Assembly (NCBI GenBank): GCA_051362555.1
Contig: CM120642.1
Location: 32,054,001 to 32,118,000 of the forward strand
DNA length: 64,000 nt
Direction: 5' to 3'
Source of the DNA: Lingula anatina
Taxonomy: Eukaryota; Animalia; Brachiopoda
The number at the start of each line of letters is the position of its first letter. Within the stretch, counting starts at the first letter, position 1. The notes beneath the pieces are model-generated. The model did no database searches and had not been told where the DNA came from. It saw only the letters and a program-made list of their open reading frames with translations. Below are positions 26,795-41,136 of the stretch, piece by piece. A program made the position numbers and the translations under genes.

Positions 26795-28033
26795 TTAAGG
26801 TGCAATAAAGAACTGTGAGCCCAATGCTAAGAAAAAAGACGTCGCCATTAACACGCTGTTTTTCGTGATAAAAGTCGCGTAACTCCTGTGACCCATGCGA
26901 TCCACATAATTAGTATTTGGTGAATTATATGTTTGCGGCCGGCTACATGGCAGCTTTGAGTTTCTCCACGCGCCGAAAGTGATTGCACGTGACGGCGACA
27001 TTGGGGACTTCATCCAATCAATCAACTGGGACACGGTAATAACCCATGCGTCTCTCTTACTGGCGACGTGCCGAATAAAGCGCTTGACCCCTTCGAGTGT
27101 GAAAGGCTTTTCTTGAAACCAATCAGTTTGCAGATAGATTCCAAGAGGTGCTCTGTTAGAGCGGTAATTGCGATTGAAATTATTAACGAGGAAATTAAAA
27201 ACGTCTGACGTATCCCGTACATTGCAATCACTCGCTGCCACGCATGCTTGGCCGTCATTGCCATAGATACGATTCAATGGTATTTCCCATAGTCCAGGGT
27301 AAGACTGACTTGGGCAATTGACGGGGGTGATGTCACAGAGCTTTTTGTCTGGAGGAACATCTAAAGTGAACGGATAAAGAGGGCTGTGAGACGTTGCCTG
27401 GTAGTCCCGCAGTGTATAAGGCCCGTTTACCAACGAGGAGTCGTACGTGAAGTTATAATCGTGCAGCATTCCAAACTGTGCGTCTCCGCCATTGTTTAAG
27501 AATGGCACGCGAAATCCCTGGATGTCGTCCCCGTTTATCTCCGCGTCTGTCGCAATCCGTATTTTCTGGAACACTACTTCATTGACGTAGTCTGCGGAGG
27601 CCGCCCTGTGCCACCACGTAACGGGATACTGAATGTTAGTCCCCGTGGTGCCAACCTCATGTCCCATCTCGTACAACTTCTTCACATAAGTATAATTGGT
27701 TTTACGAACGGGGCTCGCCACGGTGTCAAAGTCTCCAATGAAGAAAGTGGCAGCTACCGGGCAGTAGTTTGGATTCTTCAAGTCCTCTGAGAAAATATCC
27801 TCAATGTGTTTGTACTTACTTTCGTCCATGGTCCCCAGGAAGGTGAAGTAAACTACCTGTGGAACTTGAGGTGGCTGTAACTGCCCTGGTGGGACGTTGC
27901 TGGGGCACAGACACCTCGGTTCAATACAGTTAGACAGGTCGCACTTGGCCGTGACGTCCCGGGCCAATAAACAAATACAGCACAGGACGAACACCAACCG
28001 TATCGCGAAAATATCTCCGTTCCACACGGCCAT
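26795..28033 (-). CDS. Chitin deacetylase-like protein (CE4/NodB polysaccharide deacetylase fold), secreted, catalytic residues degenerate
   Basis: Single-exon ORF. The first ATG is at 28033 (the ORF track begins at a GTG at 28045). It has a signal peptide, C..CIEPRCLCPS..PP, NPNYCPVAATFF, GHEV, GFRVPFL, FTYDSS, YPFTLD, GLWEIP, RAPLGIY and WMKSP, all typical of animal CDA, plus a hydrophobic C-terminus. Confidence 0.9.
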   Translation of the reverse strand: MAVWNGDIFAIRLVFVLCCICLLARDVTAKCDLSNCIEPRCLCPSNVPPGQLQPPQVPQVVYFTFLGTMDESKYKHIEDIFSEDLKNPNYCPVAATFFIGDFDTVASPVRKTNYTYVKKLYEMGHEVGTTGTNIQYPVTWWHRAASADYVNEVVFQKIRIATDAEINGDDIQGFRVPFLNNGGDAQFGMLHDYNFTYDSSLVNGPYTLRDYQATSHSPLYPFTLDVPPDKKLCDITPVNCPSQSYPGLWEIPLNRIYGNDGQACVAASDCNVRDTSDVFNFLVNNFNRNYRSNRAPLGIYLQTDWFQEKPFTLEGVKRFIRHVASKRDAWVITVSQLIDWMKSPMSPSRAITFGAWRNSKLPCSRPQTYNSPNTNYVDRMGHRSYATFITKNSVLMATSFFLALGSQFFIAP

Positions 28034-28768
28034 TATGTACCGCACGTTTAAAAGAATTCCACTTCGCGCAGAACTGAGTCACCCAGAGCGATGCACTGAT
28101 CAAAATGATTTAATTCCTAGCACAAGTCAGCGACATGTGGAAAATCTAGACTCTTCAGAGCGACCGTGTATACGCTATGAAATACTTGTCCCTATCTGGA
28201 ACAACAGCAAAAATTACATATAGTCGAATAAAACTATTGCCTGGCAGATTGCCTCGTAACCTGACAATGGGGAATTGTTTTCCGAAACTACGCGGCATTC
28301 TACGAGGTGCGTGTCGCAAGCGATAACGATGAGAAGGAGGCGTAGTTAAGGCTGTGCTAGATGTTCAAAACACACGCATGTTAATCTATGTGTTTTCGTG
28401 CCAAGGGTAAAAGTCGTATAGGTGCTAACTACTGGTATATTACGAAGTAAAAATGTCAATTTTATAAAAAAAATTAATCCCAATAGTGACAAATGTTCAT
28501 CTATCGGCCTAATGAAAAAATTTACAAACAAACGCATGGGCTTAATGCTACATGTATGATGTAGCATTTCACGTGAATACTGTGAGGTAGCCTGTGGTAT
28601 TGTCTCAAAGTGTAAATAAAACATATTTTGAAATACATGTACAGGTACACATGTGCATATGAATTAACGGTTGTACTGTATAGGCCTACCTTTTTCTTTT
28701 GTGCACAGAGGTATAAAAATAAGTGTAAAAAAGCCTTAGTGGTAGGTTTTATTTGCGTACTCAGTAGG

Positions 28769-28770
<2 letters not shown>

Positions 28771-28838
<68 letters not shown>
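28771..28838. repeat. (TA)n microsatellite between the divergently transcribed CDA-like and NDUFB8 genes
   Basis: Pure TA run. Confidence 0.95.
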
Positions 28839-28842
<4 letters not shown>

Positions 28843-29083
28843 TTTGTGGTATTCTGTGTGCGGGTCTTGCTCCAGCTTTGGCTCTGGCGACGCAGGGACA
28901 CGCAGGTTTTGGCAAAATGCACAGACCCAGTGCCATCGGCGACAAGTGCATTTTCATACGACTGGATAACACACCTGTCGCCTCTAACACATTTTAGATT
29001 CAACACCCTGAGTCACGAGTCATAAATAACCAATCAGCGCAAAGAAAAATCGACTCTTCGGAAGATTGTGATGGTGTAAGAAA

Positions 29084-30741
29084 ATGGCGTCCAGGTTACT
29101 TTCGGCTGTCCGACATGGACAGCCAGTATCATGTTCGTTTGTCAGCACACGAAATATTCGGACAACGACTCCATATGCTGTTTCTATGCTTAAAACAGTA
29201 ATTAAAGGAGGTTTTAAACCAGGTAAGTTGTGGATTGTCTAAACCTTGTGTGCAGTAACATAGATTGTAGCAGCGCCACAGCTTCGTGAATTTGGTTTTA
29301 ATTTCTTAATCTATAAAGTATGTTTTCTTTCAAGATAAGTTAAGTATCATACTGCATAAAAAAATGAAATTCTTAAGATAGGTTGTGACAGCGCTACGGA
29401 ATGTAACATTTTTGTAAATTTCGTTTTAAATTTCTTAATATTGAAAATCGTTCTTTTTATTCCAGGATAATTTTGACACTTACTAGTACTACTGTATTTA
29501 TAATATTCCTGTTCATATTTGTCAGTGAAGAAGCATATACCCACAAGCTGTAAAACATGAAAAACAATTTTATTCAGCTAATTTACATACATTCATGTAC
29601 AAAATATATCTCAGAAATTTCAATACTGACTGAGCTCTTAAAAGTTATAATAAATAATAAATTATTTAGTAATGATAATAATAATAATAATAATACCCTG
29701 AAGTGAGAGATTTGAAAATAAAATGCAAATATAGGCTTTTTAAAGTCAACTCTGTACTCAAGTATCCTGATATTAGGATTTGTGCACCAATTCCTTCTTT
29801 TATTACAATAGAAAAACAAAACCAAATACACAAATTTTCTACATAAGCAGTAATTAATTAATGCACTAGCATGATTTAGTCGCTACGATGTTCCAGTTTT
29901 ATGCAGTCTCTGTTGGCAATTTTTTTTTTTTTTTTTTTAACAGTGCAAATAAAGATAAGATTTCATATTTCTTCATCCAGCTTGCGTATACCATGTCCAT
30001 TTTACAGGCAGCTTGCTTATACCATGTCCATTTTACAGGTAATATGTGAATGTCACATTGGGTATTTTTGTTATTCTTGAAAGCCAGATGCGTGAAACAT
30101 TCATATTATTTGCATGGTCTGTGAAGCACTCTATTCCCGTGACTAGTGAATGCAGCTCAGAGCTGTTTATTTTTCCATATTGCCAAGAAGAGCCACTCGC
30201 CAACATGGCGAATGACCCATGATAAACAAATCATACTGATTTGTGCAGTTGGATCTGCAATTTAAATTACCAAGTGGTATATTTTGTTTTTTTAAGTCAT
30301 CCCTTTTCTTGTGACACCTAAACCCTTATGTCGTTCTAGATAATCTAGAACTTAAAATGCAGAGATATTATATACAGAATCTTTTTTTACTTAAAAACCC
30401 TTTCTTTGAATGAATAATTTTGATATTATAATCTTGTAAATTATATTTTATTAGTTTAATGAATGTATTTGGCTAGGGTTTCTCTGAAATGTTACAATGC
30501 TTTTGAAAGATGATAAGATCAGATGGGACCTCATATCCACATTGTCAAAATAGGAAAATGTTTGATGGTAAAATATATGATCATAGAAGGACATCTTTAC
30601 TTTCAATATCATTCATCAAACTCAAATAAATATATCATAAATTATTTTTAAACTTTGTTTTACATTTATTTAGCAATTGACAAATCAAATTCCAGATACG
30701 TCCTTCCTGCAAAATTTTCAAAATAATTTTTTTTCAAAAAC

Positions 30742-30801
<60 letters not shown>

Positions 30802-32957
30802 AAGTGCTAAAATCAAATATTCATATTTAATTTGATTTTAAAGATATAATCACAGAGAGAGCTAAGTTTTGGTGTTAAAGTTGAAAGTTAAAATTCCACG
30901 TCCATTTCACATCCTTCCCAAACATTCACTAACTATTACCTTATTTCCTTAACTGTGATTTTTTTTTATCATCATCTTTTCCTCAATATAACTGTCATAT
31001 TGAAGAACATTTAGAAAATGGGCCTCCCAACTTTTTACTTAAAAAAATTCATTCAAGGTATCAAATGTCTTTCAAAAAAAAAAAATGGAATGGCCTAAGA
31101 GAGAGGCAATGGGGTGGAGAGGACAGGCAAACAGAAATTACACTTTAAATTTTTTAATCTAGTGAAGATCCCCTACGCCCCTGGAACTGCACCTCGTACT
31201 GAAGAAGAGAGAATAGCTGCTGCTAACAAGTATGGGATGCCACCAGAAGACTATCAGTGTGATCCCACGGGAGCTCAAGGGGATTACCCAATGTTCCCCA
31301 AAGTTCCAAATGTGCAGAGAAGTGAAAACCCTGCTTGGGACTTTTCAGATGTGAAGGAAAATTATGGCGATGCAGTGAGTAAAAGGTGGCATTTACACAT
31401 GATTTGAAGAGGAAATCTTTTCGGGGCTGTGTCTTGGGGTGATGGTAATGTTAAGGAAGGGAAAGAACTGGACGTTCATAAGAAGGGATGGAATTTTAAT
31501 ACAACGTAACAGAAACATTATTTATATATAAGAGAAAAAATACACATATACCAATATCCATTTGTTAAGTAAAGAAAATGTATGTCGCCTCCCCTGTTGA
31601 TTTCATTAAAATAGTACTGCTGTGGTGGTTTTGGTGAATTGTTTGGTTCTTACTGTTCACTTCTTTAATATTCAGATACACGTTGATTCAGATTGGTTAG
31701 GAGCAGATACACTTGATGGTTATCGATATGGAGGATTCGGAGTGTAAGTAGGGTGCAAATCAGTGTATTTTGTTGACTTAAGAAGCAATTAAGTAAGCAT
31801 TTCCCACCTTCTCATTTATTTTATTTACATCTGGAAAACCTAGAGCCCTTGGTCATAAAATCAGGCATGGTTTTGCGGTATATTGGGAGAGAGAAGGCGT
31901 GAGAGCGAAATAATGGAATACTAGCAATTGAGCTGTGACAATAAATATGGGCAGACGCCATTTATCCACGGTTATTAATATTTTTGTGGAGGTTTTCTAT
32001 GAAATTCTGACCATTACAGGCTCTTGGACAACAAAACAAGCCAACCATATATTCTGTGTGTCACTTTTGTTCTGATTACTAAGGTGACATTCCTTGCTCA
32101 TAATGTTTCACCCTTATTGATGAAAATTTAATCCCACCTTGGGCTGATTTCTCTATGTTTTCCAGTCTCGAGTGGCATCCTACAGTGCTGACAGCCTTGT
32201 TTAGGGCTATTTTTTTAATACCATTAATCCCCAAAATAAAAATTAAAAAAATTGTAAGAGGGTATATTCAGATATTGTGTATTTATATTTTGAATTTACA
32301 AGGGCATTTCATTGTTATTTTCAGATGGGAAAATTTTAAGTCTTATGGGACATTGGTTGGTGTCATATTTGCATTTGCGTACTTGTATCCCACTGGGGAC
32401 GACACACGGGTGAGTGAAAGGGGCAAAATGCTTCATGTAATGATATTGCTGAAGAATGTTTTGAAAATATCAGATGCCTTAAAGATGCACATTAAGCTGG
32501 TAGATGTGTCGAAGTATTGCCACTAAACCAGACCAAATGCATCTAAAACAGTTTGAAACAGTATAACTGAAAGAAATACCTCATTGTTTTGTTGAGTACA
32601 TTTTTTTATTATGTATTTGCACAGGTGTTTTTTTCTTTTTCTTTTTTTTTTTTTTTTTTTTTTTTTGTTTACTTTCTGTGCTGTACAAATTCAGTGTAAG
32701 TGAGTAGGCCAGAAATTTGACGAAGTGTAAATTAAAGGCTTTTTTTTGTGCTGCCTTTTTTTTTTTAATTAGAAAAGTTGAAGTATGAAAAATGTTCGAT
32801 AATTGTTTTAAGTAAGGTTGCATAAACCAGAATGTGAAGAGAATGCTGTTCATTTCAGTTGCCGAAGCAGTACCCAGGCAATCTGTGGCTAGATAGGGGG
32901 GGAAGCCCTGAAGATGCTCCTGTCGTCAAACATTACACTTTTGAACCAGCCGATTGA
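29084..32957 (+). CDS. NDUFB8: NADH dehydrogenase (ubiquinone) 1 beta subcomplex subunit 8 (ASHI), 5 exons
   Basis: Exon 1 is an Arg/Ser-rich transit peptide (MASRLLSAVRHG..., 29084-29222). Then PGTAPRTEEERIAAANKYGMPPEDY...GDYPMFP...WD...NYGD (31163-31374), exons at ~31676-31743 and ~32324-32408 (TM segment), and a last exon LPKQYPGNLWLDRGGSPEDAPVVKHYTFEPAD-TGA. Splice phases are consistent. Confidence 0.9.
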
Positions 32958-34332
32958 TCCACAGAGGGTTTAATTGAATTTCTTATTTATACACATACGT
33001 GGACTGCAGTAGAAAAGTTTCAAACAAGCGAGGACACAATGCTGCCGAAAAAGCAAAACTTTCCTCCGTTTTCATTTATTTATATGCACAAAAACTGAAA
33101 AAATCATTGAGTGGGTTAATAATGACAATATTTAAAGAGGATGTCACTAGCTGTTTTACCGTGCAGTTACTCATCAGGATTGATGAAAAAGTAAACATGA
33201 GCTTTGTGCTGTGCTTATTAATGAGTTGGGATATCAACTGTCAACTTCTTGTAGTGACTTTTTAATAAAGATTTAACAGTTGACACAACAATGTGAAGTG
33301 AAGTAGAAGAATCCCCCTCGATCTCGATACCCCCCCCCCCCCCCCCCAACAGTTCCCGCCCGTTGGTAAAACGCCAATCACGTCAGAGATCGCTGCATGT
33401 TACAATATTGCCGTCTGAACAGTGCATAAATGCCAGACTAGTAAACATGAAATACTTCTCAACATTTACAGATCAAGGTTTGAGGATTCATCATAATCAG
33501 CGCGTTGATCTTGTATAAGAGAAAATTTAATTACATTGGAATCTATAAATATCAGCCATGATGGATAAGAAGTACCCGAGCTTTCGGCTCGAGTGCCTTC
33601 TTCAGGGGACAAAATAGGAAAAAAAGTTTGGTCCCTGAAGGCGACACACAAGCCCAAAGCGTGGGTACTTTTTAGCCATAAAAGTTGATCTTTATAGATG
33701 CGTGTCAATGAGATCAAGATTTCAAACGTTAACGAACATGGTAACATTTCTGATTAAGTAGACGTTCGTTATTTTGTCAATTTTATCAGGTAGCTAGTTG
33801 TTGATTTCCTTTTTAAACTGACGTATGGTAATCGATATCTGACGCTATTGTGGAACATGCATGGAGCTGAACTGCCAAGCGACATTTTTAGAAGACGAGG
33901 AAAATTTGTCATCGATTAATTTTACGCAAACGGTCACGATTACTTCTCCATATTGACAACCAGGCAAGATACCCTTGCGAGACATAAAGTTTGGACGAGT
34001 TAAGATCTTTATTCAGAGCATGCTGAGGCTAACTTGTTTAGAACGTGCATAATGTCTACGGGTTGTCGGAACAGGAGGAGGGAGTCTCACTCGGCCATCA
34101 TCTTCTTTCTCACGGGGACAGAAGAATGCAACTAAGAAAACTAAAAAGAATCGGACAATGGGTTCAGGTCCCAGCCGGCTAACTCATCTTCGTGTGCACG
34201 TAACTGGAAGAGCCAGACTTTAAATGTGGGTCGTTTAAGGCGAAGAGTAATCCTGTTCTTTCCCGATCCAACGGACTTCTTAAACTCTACGCAAAATACC
34301 TAACCCACCCAGCCATACTTTCAGAACATAGG

Positions 34333-35609
34333 ATGTTGTTGTCTTTTGTCACCTTGATGGCATTCGTTACTTTTACCGCGGCAGAATCCACTAAAACTAA
34401 AGAATTCAGCTTCTCGACAGAAACGGTAAGAATGTGCCCAATAATATGCGGGAAATGTTAAATCTCACTTAGCATAGAACATGGGGGTAAACATTGCCCT
34501 TTTGTCTGAAGTTTCTTTTCCTGCGGTATGAGGCTTGATGAACGATCCATTGCTGGCAGTTTACCTCATAAATTTTGATGCAATTGATTTCCTATAAGGC
34601 AAAAACACCGGAAAACAACAGGCTTAACACCGGCTTTGTAATTAGAGAGGTTCTTCACGAATTACACGTAAATATCGATTCTTAGCCAGGTCACGCTTGT
34701 TTTCACGACTAAGCTGATCGTATTTCGAGGTAATTAATGAAGTAATTCATATTTTACATTATATTCTACGGCATATTGTCATAATTTAATTTGCGGAAAC
34801 AATGTGTACTTCTGAGATGGTCCCTTAAAGATAAGCCTATCTTGTTAACTGTGAAATACATGTACCGTATTTATTTATTTATTTATTTATTTTTTTTTTT
34901 TTGTGAATTGTTCGTAACAGGTAGCTAAGGTGTCTTCTGAATTTAATCGAACGATTGCTAAAGAGTATTTCAATTCAAATTATTCCTGTATTGGCGCATA
35001 CATTTTTATGACCTTCCACACTGTAATATAATATGTAATCGATACATTACATGTTATGTATTACTATGTTACCGCTATCATTATACAGGCCCGTAGCCAG
35101 GGGGGAGGGGGTTCGAAAGAACCCCCCTTTTTGCTGAGAAAAGGTCCACTCTGGGTTAATTTGATCTAGGTAAAGTTTTTAACAAAAGTTAAAAGTTTCA
35201 TGACAAAAGGTCCACATTTTCAGAAAAAGAACCCCTCTTTCGGAATTGCTGGCTACGGGCCTGTTATGTAATAACCGCTGTTGTTTCACTCTAGGGTGAG
35301 GTCACTGCGGCCGGAGTCACCTGTAAATGGATTGAAGTCAAGCCAGGTCCCAACTCTCGTGAAAGACTGGCGCGCGGTATCAGACTCTACGGCTGCAAGG
35401 GGATATCAGGTTCCCTGGATTGCGGATATTTCGGAGGTTCCCCGGTCGACTGCAACAAGGACATGAGCTACAGGGACTACTTGCAGGACCTTGCTGTCGA
35501 GGCCATGAACGGAGGTCGGGTGTGCTCTACCCCTGAGATTATAGACAGACACTGTGGACAGAAGTACAGGTGTGTCCACGGCCCGTGCAAGACGAAATCA
35601 GAGCTTTGA
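34333..35609 (+). CDS. Small secreted 8-Cys protein resembling the FGF-binding protein (FGFBP) N-terminal domain; 135 aa; exons 34333-34425 and 35295-35609
   Basis: Exon 1: MLLSFVTLMAFVTFTAA (signal) ESTKTKEFSFSTET. Exon 2: GEVTAAGVTCKWIEVKPGPNSRERLARGIRLYGCKGISGSLDCGYFGGSPVDCNKDMSYRDYLQDLAVEAMNGGRVCSTPEIIDRHCGQKYRCVHGPCKTKSEL-TGA. Phase-0 GT/AG intron. The family assignment is from recalled Cys spacing. Confidence 0.75.
35086..35263. mobile_element. Short MITE inside the intron of the FGFBP-like gene
   Basis: TIRs CAGGCCCGTAGCCAG...CTGGCTACGGGCCTG (15 bp perfect); flanks TTATA/TTATG match at 4 of 5 positions. Confidence 0.8.
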
Positions 35610-35845
35610 ATAAGCGCCTGGTGCATGAAGAAAATCAGAACTGGCGCAGAAAGGCGACCGGACCAAGGCCGTACTCGAGTAACGCCGTTATTGAACTTCC
35701 AGTTGAGTAACGACATCGGAGCTTTGACGGGACAATAAAGGGTATTTACATATACGACTGACCGTGATCGTATGATGTTGCTGGAGCTTTCACTGAAAAG
35801 AGATGCTGCTGTGGCAAACCAAAAATACATTACGTTGTGAAAACT

Positions 35846-35879
<34 letters not shown>

Positions 35880-37256
35880 GTGAATACAGGGCATTGCTCC
35901 TACAACTGCGCACTACCAAAATACTTTGTAGAAGATGGTGTTGCTCTTTACACTAAGCTCTGAGGTAAATCTTTTCCCTAGGATCTAAGCGAAATCTTCT
36001 TGATTAAAACATCAACTGGAGTCCGTTTATTTTCTTTCCCCAACTTTATTCGGCATCTTCTTTATCTCAAATTTTCCTCCCCAGAATGACTGCAAACCTT
36101 ATCTCTATGCCTAGGTAGACCTTTACTGGTATCTCAATGTACTTAATTACATTATTACACGTTTATTATACAAGATGAGATATGAATCATTACATCATTA
36201 AACAGGGCACCACTTGATGAACTCACACATGGGAGATGGGAACCCATGAAGTGATAAACGTGAAAGTAGTTTTGGAGACTGCCGACCTTCATCAGGTGCT
36301 TTGACAACGTGGTAAGAGAATTGCCGCAAATGAAAAATAATTATTGATAGACAGTGGCAATGTATAAAATGTATTACGGTTATTTAAAATGTTCTTTTGC
36401 TGATTCGTGGCTGCTCTTTTGACAAAATCGAGGATTTGTGCTATATAGGCAAAATTGAAAAAAAAAATGAACACTAAAATTTTGCAGTATCTATTTATAT
36501 GTAACAGCCAAGCGATTATTGATGCTGTTAAAGTAATAAAGAAGCTTACTTTCACATCCCTCGTAATTCCAGTTCGTTATATATTACTTTCAATAAACGC
36601 TAATTCTATATCTCTGAAATTTGACAGCCGATATAAACAATGTAAACAAATATTTTCTATTCGACTGAGAAAGAACCTTGTCGTATCTCCACTTAGTCTT
36701 CCATATTCCAGTCATTTTGTTTGATATACCAAGTTTAAGCTATGTATTTGTCATGCGCATCGTAATAACTCTGATAGAGACAGTAGACTATTGTCATTAA
36801 GACGCCGGGTTGCGTGTCACAGGGCGGTTATACGTGTGTTCAACTTGAGACGAGGTTTATCACGAATAGTCATCTACTAAGATGTGAATTGCATCCACTT
36901 TTTGGAAATATAGTACACTGGACGGCTTTACCTGCATTCTGTCTTGCATTCTCTTGGTTACAGTTTAGACAATCAAAAAGTTTAATTCATTCGAGGTTAA
37001 AGCAATGTCGTAGTCTGTGACAAGGGAACGGGAAACAAAAGATGTGCCGAAGTTAGTGCCACTCTCTTCACACAATATTACCTTTTGTTTACATCGCGTT
37101 ATACGAGCTACAATTTTTAACTCTTTCGGTTAAAAAACCCGGGGGTGTCGCACTTGCATCCAATAACCATAGTAACCGGAACCATAGTAACAGGAGCCAT
37201 AGCATCAGGAACTTAAGTAGCCGGAACCGTAGTAACAGAAACCATAGTAACCAGGG

Positions 37257-40172
<2,916 letters not shown>

Positions 40173-41136
40173 AAATGGCTATTAAATCACTAGTTGAAGT
40201 TACATTTTAGAAATGGCAGTTTCAACTACTAAACACATCGGAATATACAATTCAAGCACGTGACGACAGTTGAACAAAACCAACACGGTTTCCACACCAT
40301 ATTTTCTCTTATTAATTTCTCAGGGTGATTAATATTGATAATTACAGTTTGGTGGATCCAGATCCAGATAAAATTCACCCAGGTGGTGCTAATAATAGTT
40401 ACCTTATTGTTGTAATACCTTTTATTAAGGCTTGTAACATTTGAAACAATTAAACTGTTGTACCACAAACTTCTGTTTTTATACATGTGTATAAAGTCTA
40501 ATTTGTCTCAAGCGTAAAGAAAACTACAAGCAGCCTGCTGCTTCTTTGATGTCAAGCTTCCTCGCCATTTGATGACTTTTATGAGCATATTTCATTTTCA
40601 CAGTCTCCGTAGAGTTTGTTATTGTATAAGAGAGGTTCCATAGACTTCTGTGTATGTACATAAATATTCAATTACAATACTGTGCCCTCTTGCAGGGTAC
40701 TTTTCCCCAGCGGGAGAGAATCAGAGAAACGTTGAATGGATTTGCCAGAGACATATCTGTGAATATATATATAGACATATCTGTGAGTATATATATATAT
40801 ACAGAAATAGTGAAAAATCGATCTGTGACCCTGGTAGAAGGTACAGATGCTGTAATCCTACAATGAAATCCATATTCCTCTTTTGAAGAAAAAACTTATA
40901 ACATTCATAATTTTGGTCAATCACAATTCATAAACAGAGAGTCAAATTAGAAAAAAGTATATATGATTGTCGTCATTGGGAATTACTGTTTTCCATTGGC
41001 GTATACTTGTCAGAATTGTTGTAAAAACGTTAAGTGTTTAACGTCATATGTATGACGATTCTTTTGCTTGCGTCACACATGACACAATGCTGCTGTATAA
41101 GTTCACGTCACACATGATGTCACGTGGATTGGAGGA

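Noticed and set aside
28628-29006. ORFs with long IYIY runs (also near 9730 and 19400)
   Set aside because: Translations of (TA)n microsatellites.
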